Positions 26,801 to 47,228 of a DNA stretch of 64,000 bases are shown here, in pieces. This DNA is from Antedon mediterranea (Eukaryota > Animalia > Echinodermata). The position numbers were made by a program, and so were the translations under genes. The notes below the pieces were generated by a model, which ran no database searches, had not been told where the DNA came from, and was given only the letters and a program-made list of their open reading frames with translations. The stretch is taken from contig NC_092680.1 in NCBI RefSeq assembly GCF_964355755.1, positions 2,232,001 to 2,296,000 of the forward strand, in the 5' to 3' direction. Position 1 is the stretch's first letter, and every line of letters begins with the position of its first letter.

Positions 26801-28044
26801 AGGATACTACTTATGAGAGCAAGAAGCAGATTAAAACCAGAGATTGGGAGTGAGCAGTTTGGTTTTGTAAAGGATTCAGGCACCAGGAATGCCATCTTTG
26901 TGATAAGAATGATAACTGAAAGGGCAGTGGAGATGCAGAAAGATGTATACATGTGTTTCATAGACTACACCAAGGCATTTGACAAAGTAAGGCATGAGCA
27001 GCTATTTCAAGAACTTAGCAAGCTTGACCTACATGGAAAGGATCTTAGATTGTTGCAAAATTTGTACTGGAAACAGACTGCATGCATGAGGGTAGATGGG
27101 GAGTGCAGTGACTACACAAGTATTGGAAGAGGAGTGAGACAGGGCTGTGTAATGTCACCAGACTTGTTTAACTACTATAGCGAGTTGATCTTGAGGGAGC
27201 TAGATAATGAGAAGGGTTTGAGAATTTGTGGTAGAAATATTACAAACATCAGATATGCAGATGACACAGTTCTACTGGCAGAGTCAGCTGAAGATCTCCA
27301 AAGGTTGCTGGATGTGGTTGTAGTAGAGAGCGAAAAGATGGGTCTGTCTATAAATTGTAGTAAGACAGAGTGTTTAGTAGTGTCAAAAAAGGAGAGTCCA
27401 ACGTGTAACCTTCAAGCAGGAGACCAGTTAATTCAGCAGGTGTCCTCTTTTAACTATCTTGGGAGCAAAATAACAGATGATGCCAGGTGTGTAACGGAGA
27501 TAAAGAGAAGGATAGTCCTTGCGAAATCCGCATTTGGAGAAATGGAGAATATCTTGAAGAACTGTGCGATGAGTATGGAAACCAGGTTGCGTGTATTAAA
27601 CTGCTACATCTATCCTGTGCTGATGTATGGAAGTGAAGCCTGGTCAATCACAACTGACCTCAGAAAAAGATTGGAAAGCTGTGAGGTGTGGTTTCTAAGG
27701 AGAATGATGAGAATTCCATGGACAGATAGAGTTAGTAATGAAGATGTATTGATAAGAGCTGGAGTATGCAGGAAACTACTGAAGGGTATTAGGATTAGAC
27801 AGATGAGATTCATGGGACATGTGTTGAGGAAGGGAGGTCTGGAGAACTTGGCATTAACGGGGAAAATAGAAGGAAGAAGGAGCAGGGGGAGGAAAAGAGT
27901 CACTTGGTTGGCCAGCATAGCTGAATGGATTCGGAATAGAGGCGAGAATACCAAAGAAGTGGAGTTGCTGAATATGGCAATAGACAGAGAATTGTGGCAC
28001 AACATGATCGCCAAAGTCTCATGATATGGCACTTCGAGAGAGAG
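23825..28044 (+). mobile_element. RTE-clade (BovB-like) non-LTR retrotransposon insertion, 4220 bp, with TSD ATAGTACA
   Basis: The satellite breaks after ATAGTACA (23817-23824) and resumes with ATAGTACA (28045-28052). The insert has a single APE-RT ORF and a very short 3' UTR ending in (GA)n. An RTE-type 5' motif, GAAGGCAACGGGAAACCACTTC, is at about 25012. The recognisable GC-rich RTE 5' region starts at about 24660. Confidence 0.93.
25058..28024 (+). CDS. RTE LINE ORF: AP-like endonuclease plus reverse transcriptase (988 aa from the first ATG; frame open from 25007)
   Basis: APE motifs GTWNVRTL, GINET, MGDLNAKVG, NQIDYI and GSDH. RT motifs KAAGPDG, RTISLMSH, QFGF, FIDYTKAFDKV, GVRQGCVMSP, YADD and FNYLGS. 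No stops or frameshifts. Confidence 0.95.
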   Translation: MKCHNSRMKANGVKGVHPSYEGGSSPGRVSHVRQVELDRHQATVRNRSTIRLGTWNVRTLYQDGKLENVKQEMIRLNINILGINETHWTNNGEFMIDAYKMIYAGGDKHEKGVGLLLDGDMAKCMLGYWAVSERVMLVKLQGQPFNISIIVVYAPTADSTDEEIDNFYATLDQAKSQCKSDEINFIMGDLNAKVGHEQDGNTVGEHGMGERNARGDRWVNWCKAKDMTITNTWFKEHPRRIYTWKSPGDVTRNQIDYIAVNSRWKRAVTHAKTYPGADCGSDHIPVVCTLQSKLKKVKKAKNVQKLDFEQLNSPEIRLEYSIQVRNKFDILVDEGEEITWDAMRDILVETAKESLPKKERRRKNKWVSEEILSMMRDRQKISSRSSKEYKDLDREIKQKCREAKEKWLNTQCEEIESGLENNNHKIYQRLNEITGRKSGCSNSGCIKAKDGTMLVEKTDILKRWTEYIGELFFDVRQAMPSFPDSEEGPKILKAEVRTAIKRLRKNKAAGPDGVVIEMIEALEEYGVEKLTEVINKIYEDGSFPEDLSKSIFIALPKKPGAVECEKHRTISLMSHVTKIILRILLMRARSRLKPEIGSEQFGFVKDSGTRNAIFVIRMITERAVEMQKDVYMCFIDYTKAFDKVRHEQLFQELSKLDLHGKDLRLLQNLYWKQTACMRVDGECSDYTSIGRGVRQGCVMSPDLFNYYSELILRELDNEKGLRICGRNITNIRYADDTVLLAESAEDLQRLLDVVVVESEKMGLSINCSKTECLVVSKKESPTCNLQAGDQLIQQVSSFNYLGSKITDDARCVTEIKRRIVLAKSAFGEMENILKNCAMSMETRLRVLNCYIYPVLMYGSEAWSITTDLRKRLESCEVWFLRRMMRIPWTDRVSNEDVLIRAGVCRKLLKGIRIRQMRFMGHVLRKGGLENLALTGKIEGRRSRGRKRVTWLASIAEWIRNRGENTKEVELLNMAIDRELWHNMIAKVS

Positions 28045-30895
28045 ATAGTACAGGGAAATTTCCGAAAAATGGCCGATTTTCGACCCTTTTATTTTTTGAC
28101 ATAAATGGTTACTCTTGCATAATAAACATGCGCAGAGTCGAATAATAGGTTCTGCGCATGTCAATTGTGCTATCATAACTATATTTGACATAAATGGTTA
28201 CTATAGCATAATAAACATGCGCAGAGGCGATTAATGGGTTCTGCGCATGTCAATTGTGCTATAGTAACCATTTTATCGAAAAATAAAAAGGTCGAAAATT
28301 TGCCATTTTTTTGAAAAAATCCCTGTACTATAGTACAGGGAAATTTCCGAAAAATGGCCGATTTTCGACCCTTTTATTTTTTGACATAAATGGTTACTAT
28401 TGCATAATAAACATGCGCAGAGTCGAATAATAGGTCCTGCGCATGTCAATTGTGCTATCATAACTATATTTGACATAAATGGTTACTATAGCATAATAAA
28501 CATGCGCAGAGGTGAGTAATGGGTTCTGCGCATGTCAATTGTGCTACAGTAATCAGTTTTATCGAAAAATAAAAAGGTCGAAAATTTGCCATTTTTTGGA
28601 AGAAATCCCTGTACTATAGTACAGGGAAATTTCCGAAAAATGGCCGATTTTCGACCCTTTTATTTTTTGACATAAATGGTTACTATTGCATAATAAACAT
28701 GCGCAGAGTCGAATAATGGGTTCTGCGCATGTCAATTGTGCTATCATAACTATATTTGACATAAATGGTTACTATAGCATAATAAACATGCGCAGAGGCG
28801 ATTAATGGGTTCTGCGCATGTCAATTGTGCTATAGTAACCATTTTTATCGAAAAATAAAAAGGTCGAAAATTTGCCATTTTTTTGAAAAAATCCCTGTAC
28901 TATAGTACAGGGAAATTTCCGAAAAATGGCCGATTTTCGACCCTTTTATTTTTTGACATAAATGGTTACTCTTGCATAATAAACATGCGCAGAGTCGAAT
29001 AATAGGTTCTGCGCATGTCAATTGTGCTATCATAACTATATTTGACATAAATGGTTACTATAGCATAATAAACATGCGCAGAGGTGAGTAATGGGTTCTG
29101 CGCATGTCAATTGTGCTATAGTAATCAGTTTTATCGAAAAATAAAAAGGTCGAAAATTTGCCATTTTTTGGAAGAAATCCCTGTACTATAGTACAGGGAA
29201 ATTTCCGAAAAATGGCCGATTTTCGACCCTTTTATTTTTTGACATAAATGGTTACTATTGCATAATAAACATGCGCAGAGTCGAATAATGGGTTCTGCGC
29301 ATGTCAATTGTGCTATCATAACTATATTTGACATAAATGGTTACTATAGCATAATAAACATGCGCAGAGGCGATTAATGGGTTCTGCGCATGTCAATTGT
29401 GCTATAGTAATCAGTTTTATCGAAAAATAAAAAGGTCGAAAATTTGCCATTTTTTTGAAAAAATCCCTCTACTATATATAGTACAGGGAAATTTCCAAAA
29501 AATGGCCGATTTTCGACCCTTTTATTTTTTGACATAAATGGTTACTATTGCATAATAAACATGCGCAGAGTCGAATAATAGGTTCTGCGCATGTCAATTG
29601 TGCTATCATAACTATATTTGACATAAATGGTTACTATAGCATAATAAACATGCGCAGAGGTGAGTAATGGGTTCTGCGCATGTCAATTGTGCTATAGTAA
29701 CCAGTTTTATCGAAAAATAAAAAGGTCGAAAATTGGCCATTTTTATGAAAAAATCCCTGTACTATAGTACAGGGAAATTTCCGAAAAATGGCCGATTTTC
29801 GACCCTTTTATTTTTTGACATAAATGGTTACTATTGCATAATAAACATGCGCAGAGTCGAATAATGGGTTCTGCGCATGTCAATTGTGCTATCATAACTA
29901 TATTTGACATAAATGGTTACTATAGCATAATAAACATGCGCAGAGGTGAGTAATGGGTTCTGCGCATGTCAATTGTGCTATAGTAACCAGTTTTATCGAA
30001 AAATAAAAAGGTCGAAAATTTGCCATTTTTTTAGAAAAAATCCCTGTACTATAGCACAGGGAAATTTCCGAAAAATGGCCGATTTTCGACCCTTTTATTT
30101 TTTGAAATAAATGGTTACTATTGCATAATAAACATGCGCAGAGTCGAATGATGGGTTCTGCGCATGTCAATTGTGCTATCAGAACTATATTTGACATAAA
30201 TGGTTACTATAGCGTATTAAACATGCGCAGAGGTGAGTAATGGGATCTGCGCATGTCAATTGTGCTAGTTTATCAATAAAAAAAAAAAGGTCGAAAATTT
30301 GCCATTTTTTTTTTAAAATCCCTGTACTATAGTACAGGGAAATTTCCAAAAAATGGCCGATTTTCGACCCTTTTATTTTTTGAAATAAATGGTTACTATT
30401 GCATAATAAACATGCGCAGAGGCGAGTAATGGGTTCTGCGCATGTCAATTGTGCTATCATAACTATATTTGACATAAATGGTTACTATAGTACAATTGAC
30501 ATGCGCAGAACCCATTATTCGACTCTGCGCATGTTTATTATGCTATAGCATGCTATAGCATGTTTATTATGCTATAGCATAATAAACATGCGCAGAGTCG
30601 ACTAATGGCTTCTGCGCATGTTAATTGTGCTATAGTAACCAATTTTATCGAAAAATAAAAAGGTCGAGAATTGGCAATTTTTTTGAAAAAATCCCTGTAC
30701 TATAGTATAGGAAAATTTTCGAAAAATGGCCGATTGTCGAATAAATGGTAACTCTTGCATAATAAACATGCGCAGAGACGAATAATAGGTTCTGCGCATG
30801 TCAATTGTGCCATAGTAACCAGTTTTAACATAAATGGTTACTATAGCATAATAAACATGCGCAGAGTTCTGCGCATGTTAATTGTCCATTTTTTC
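28045..30895. repeat. 286-bp satellite, right block (about 10 monomers, degenerating at the end)
   Basis: The 286-bp period is seen at 28273, 28559, 28845 and 29131. Monomers are nearly identical. There is an inverted module near 30481-30591. Confidence 0.95.
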
Positions 30896-33800
30896 GAAAT
30901 ACTGTATATGCGTATATATGGCAATATTATCGCATATTTATTAAATTGTTAAAAGTGGAAATGTTGGACATTTTTCGAAAAAAAAATCCTTTTGATCTTT
31001 CTGTTCATGTCAGTAAAACAACATGTTTGATGGATAAACACACACTAATTATGTTTAATTTAATGTTTTAGGATACAATATTTGTTTTCTTTTTTCTTAT
31101 TGCATTGATACAAGGATATTGAAATAACAGAATGCATTTAACGCAATACAAACTGCATCAACATTTTATTATATTGATACAAGTGTCTTTGACACACAAA
31201 GGTTGTAAATCCAAGCACGATTATTATTATTATCATTTTTTTTATATTATTATTGTGGAGATATAAAATAAAATATATAGGTTTGACCTATTGGACCTAC
31301 TATGACCACGTAAAGGTCATATACATGAATAGTCTCATTTTATGACGTCATCAGAGACTTTTTGTAAACACTACAGCTATCTGTTCCTGTTACACTCTAA
31401 AATAGTAACAATCTTTAAACAATTCGCTGACCAACGTAGGTGGTACCGAACTGACCAATATAACAGAGTGGATGTTTAGACAGATTGTTGTTATGCTAAA
31501 CAATGTTATACTAATTCAGTACTTTTAAGATTGAGAAAATATCAAAGTTAAATTCAGAAAACAAGGAATGGGAGGGTTCTGGATTAATTACAATGACCAT
31601 GTAAAAAGAAAGTATTGGTTTTTAAAGCAACATACTGAGTAAAATACCAACGTCTTAAAATTGTTTCCTCCTTGAACAAATGCAATTTTTACTAGACTAT
31701 TAAACACCCTTTCCCCGTAAACCACAAGTTGATTTCTTTGAAAAAAATAACTTCAAAGTAAAAAACTTAACTCATTACGATTCTAGATCAATATTGAAAC
31801 GAATTAATATATTGTACAGAACTGCCAGTACGGTAAAAGTTTCGGACTAAAATAGTTTTAAGTGTAAAACATTGAAAGCTAAGCTCTCTGGTAAACACAG
31901 CTTTAGCGGGAGATCTACACAACAACACATTTTTCAACCTACATATAAAAATCAAACTATCGTTATAATTGATTTCATCTGGTTACACCAGGTATAGAGA
32001 GATACAAAGAAACATACATCAGGTTCATTTCCTGCAACCGCCATCTTCCTTTTTACATTAGCTATTTACATGTTTCGGCATCGCAGCCTGGTGGGTTAGG
32101 TTCAATCAAATTATGACTGTCGTATATCAACAATCTAATATAATACATTTTTTTTAAAGAAACAAACACGCCAAAACGTATAAACATATAGAAAACATCT
32201 GTCAGTATGGTATACACTGATTAACGAATCATGCGCAATTCTTACAGAGGTACTAAGTGAATTCTGAATCAAAAAGATCCAGTAGTAGTAGTCAGTTACG
32301 AACTATAATTGTCAGCAGCGAGATGGAGAACGCATGCGCAAAGCAACTCACAATCGACGCGCGCGCTTAAAAATTCAAAATGCTGATGAAAACTGTACGC
32401 TTGGTGTACACTACTGACAACATATCCAAGGTAAAAGCAAATTCAAAAAGCAATAACATATTAAATGTTGTTCAATATGAATCTGGAAATAAGTTCAGTA
32501 GTACCAACGAAGTAGCAGCGTTTCCGCATTTACCAATCAGTATATACCAGAAAAAAAACACACAAACAAATAAAGTTCATGACATACCATACGCTCCCAT
32601 TAAAAAGAGAACAATTATATCTTAAATTACAAATATATTTTGATTTTGTTTCTATGCCAGTTAAGATTCATTTATGAAACATGTATGTATTAAAATATGT
32701 CGACAAATCGGTGTCAAACTTTGGGTAAATTATTACTTTTAAGTAACTATTATTATAATAATAATAATTTAACCCATTGCGTTTCACCAGGAAGAAATAA
32801 AACTAATAGTTAAACACATTTATATTGGTATACAAAAAAGATATAATGTAAATTGGGAAATTCCCCAACCTGTTGATCATCAATAAAATACATCCCAGCT
32901 TTTATAAGTAGGCCTATTACAATCAAACAATGGAGAATAGGTTACTGTACTTTGCAGTTCAAGTGACCGTAAAAGACAAGAACCGATAGAATACGCTATT
33001 GTGACGGCGGTATCTAAATTATATTACTTTAAAGATCCTCAGTTTCGTCATCAATATCAACAGATTAAATAAAACTAAAAAATATTTTAGAAAGAAAATA
33101 CACACAGATTAAACGGTTTACGCAACGACAAAAGTTAAAATGCAGTGGTTTAAAAATACAGGAATGCATCACCATTTCACAACCATTTTGACGGTACCCT
33201 GTTTGACAGCCAGACTATCAATCAGACTAGCCTAGGCTGCCACTATACCAACCAGCAACACCTAATCTGTCACACACACAGTACTTTTTGTTGAAAACAT
33301 TTTGAAATACAGTTAATATGTAGGCGGGATACATAGTATACGTTTTAGTCTTCAAGTTTCAACAAAGTTTCTCCATCTATTTGGAAAATGTACCCTGCGA
33401 AAATGTTGACCCTATTATTGATAGTTATACGAACTACTTTTCTTACTTTTTACATTTTTCGACGTTCTTATAATACATTGAATACATAAAGGTATCAAGG
33501 TTTTCTTACTAATAAATTGTACGGTGATGAATTCACCAATTTTTCCTCCAAAAATGACTATTCAGGCCTACAAAGTCACCTTATTTTGTTACGATGCATG
33601 GACAACTGACACTTGAGTTTGTGTTAGACCCTAAAGAACTTGTGTGTTCAATTGACTCATTGAATGTATCATTTTACCACTGCGAATACCGAGAAGTGAA
33701 TTTAGATGTTCGTATGAATATTCGTAAAACCAAACGATATGTTTCGTTGAAATATTATAAGAATAATAAATGTTCTTATTTAACAAGAATGGTACGGGTT

Positions 33801-34383
33801 GTATCTTGATCCTCTGCTTATAAGTTCATAGTAAATATACATACTTCGAAATCTTTTATTTCAGTAACATGTTCTGTTATGCGCATGTTTTGCGTCGATA
33901 TCCAATTGGTATGTTGTTTTTCATTGAGTTGATTTTACGTTGTGTATTGCACAATGCGCATGTTCAGATCAAGTAGTTCAAGGCGGAGGGACACATTGCT
34001 TCACAACATTCGACAACTCTTTGGAATACTATTCGCTCTGCGAATGAATTTCTTATAATATAGCTTCTGCTAGTCCAATACATTGTATTGTCTTAGAAAG
34101 CGTGAATATTTCAGTCAGACTGGAACTGAAGGCCGCCATAGAAATGATTTCAATCGACCTTTGGAATCCAAAATACACTCATGTGTACAGTGGATCTGTT
34201 TAAATATTTATGATAATGTTTTAGCGGTTACTCGCTATAACACGAATATGAAAATAAATTTGGTTTCGTATCTAACAAACAGCTGCTCTCTGTAAACCAC
34301 TTAACCTCATTTAAACGGCTGTTATTTCAGTCTAGGAATTCTAAATACTAAACGATACTTTTCCGTCAGTTGCCGTACGATAG

Positions 34384-45018
<10,635 letters not shown>

Positions 45019-45349
45019 TCAGCTAGCCCTGTTGCCAGCTACCAGGATGAATACCAACACACGAAACAAGGAAGAAAAAGAAAAAAAAACAACGTTAAGT
45101 CGGTGGTTACATATTGTATATATCCAATCACAACAGAATCGTCTTCCGCATTAACGCACCAAGCGGCTGATCATTTGTTTTAACATGCAATAAATATATC
45201 CACATACATAGGCCGAGCGATAGTGAACACTTTTAAAATTATTTGTAATTCAGTTTTTGCTTTGCTAGGCTAGATCGCCGTACCGAAACGTGTTAAGAAA
45301 ACACGCTTCCGAACCATGCAGTCGCGTTGATACGAGCGGATTAATTTTC

Positions 45350-45670
45350 AAAAGTGGGACGTACAAATGGTGTGTCTGGCTATAGAGTTGAACTATGACT
45401 CCAACATTGCGACTGTCGGTTTCTATGACATCTGTTTCCATATACGGTGTTGGATGTCATGTAGGTTAAAGGGGTGATTGGTGCTTAGTATTCGAAGGTG
45501 TTCGGTCACTGTCCCGGTCTGTGGTTACCCTATCAATCAGCTTTGAACAATCAGACTCGCTATTGGTTACTTTTTATTCTCGACTCGTAGCCCGGCAATA
45601 TCACTACGCCAGATATTGTATTTTTTAAGGAAGCCGTGGCATCCAGGGTCAAGCCCGTACGCTACCAATC
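45350..45670 (-). promoter_or_regulatory. Candidate COUP-TF proximal promoter (CCAAT boxes, DR1-like element next to a TATA-like sequence)
   Basis: CCAAT on the minus strand at 45477-45481 and 45562-45566 and on the plus strand at 45665-45669. The minus strand reads GAGTCA-T-AGTTCA (45401-45389) followed by ACTCTATAG. The region is relatively GC/CpG-rich and lies about 0.35-0.65 kb upstream of the ATG. The TSS cannot be determined from sequence. Confidence 0.5.
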
Positions 45671-47228
45671 ACCACTGCCTGCGTTTGTTTTGGCGACAGG
45701 TCACGTAAAAAGAGACAAAGGTGCGAAAGGGTAGCATCAGTAAATAAAACAAGATAACAGGTTGGAACGTCTAGCATAATGTAAACACACGACAACATAT
45801 TTAACACTCGTAATGAAAAATGTTCACGAAATGACATTTTCAATTCGATAGACGAAATTATAGAACCTGAAGCCAAATTAGGGAGGTATTTAAAAAGTTC
45901 AGAATACTTAGCCTTCAAGATTCTGTGTTTTTATCTTTAAAATCTGTCACTTAAGTTCACCATATGGTAACATTCAGTGTCAAGTTATAATGTAAAAGAG
46001 TAAATCACGTAGATAAAAAATGTGTCATTTGTGCCGTACCCTCAAACGGTATTGTACGCGCGATAGGTGCGCAATACGGTTTTTTAAAGATAAAACTTTC
46101 AAAATACGTATAGTAGTTAGGCCTATTTTTGTTTTGCTTATTATGCAGTAATACATCGCAATTTCCTACACTCCCACACGCGATAGCGATACGGGTGTTA
46201 TTGACATCGATGAAAATTACCCTCTACTAACAAATTCTTATTAATTTTCTATTCGTTAACCCGTTTCCAACAGTGCCGTAAACCGACATACATTTCGCAA
46301 ATAAGTCAATGAAGCGGCATGACTTTGGACCTGCAGGCCATAGTTAGTTCGACACCGTACGTCTACGCAGGTCTTCTGTACCTAAACTGCTGTGCCAGTA
46401 TTTGGCTTCAACCCCTCTGTTATTACAAGGAAATAAGCGAATTTCCTGCTGAACGCAGTTCGTCGCGTGTGTTGCTTTGGTTGTCATAATAAGCCTGATA
46501 CGTTCTCGTTCATCTTCACAAAATTAGAAATAATTTGTAACCTATGAGTCGACAGTGTGTCTGGCACTATGATAGATATTGGTCATTTTCTATCAAACAT
46601 CTACAGCAAATATACGCAGTTTAAATTTTATTTCGAGTACTACGTGTTAGTATTAATCAACAACCACCATAAGCTGAACGGTCGAATTCATGCTGTATTC
46701 TCAATTATTATCATTATTATTATTTTTATGACGATGTGAATTCAATTGGCAAAAGCCAGTAAAAAAGGGTATTTGACCCGACCTGGCTTCGAAGAACGAG
46801 GGCAATCGTTTTAACCCACACAATCCGATTCAATCGAGCCCGGTAGTGATAATTAAAAATACGTAATATAAAAGGGTTTTGGTATATCTATAGTAGAAAG
46901 TGCGGTACTGTACACTAAACTCATTGATACTTTAGCAAACATAAAACCTTTCAAAGGCCAGACACTATTGTTATTTCGCAAATATCCATAACGATTCATA
47001 ATGCCAAGGGGTTTGTTGAATACTATATCTACAACGTTCAACGTATACATTTTTATTCCGGGTAATGTCTGTTCGTATTCATGTAGGCTATAAAAACAAT
47101 TGTGCATGTTCAGGCTACACCCCTAGGGCGGACCAAAACCTTGGTATACGAAAAGAACACTTGATATTCATAAACATATATGGCCCAGAAGAATATACCT
47201 TATGAAGCACATGATTTAGGCCTTTATG

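Noticed and set aside
25298-28191. Minus-strand ORFs inside the RTE
   Set aside because: They are antisense shadows of the APE-RT ORF. The ORF at 27610-28191 merely spans the RTE/satellite junction.
22340-30952. Repeated 65-99 aa ORFs (MSNIVMIAQLTCAEP...) as a tandem peptide gene family
   Set aside because: They are by-products of the 286-bp satellite. Copies carry frame-breaking indels in homopolymer runs and have no recognisable domain.
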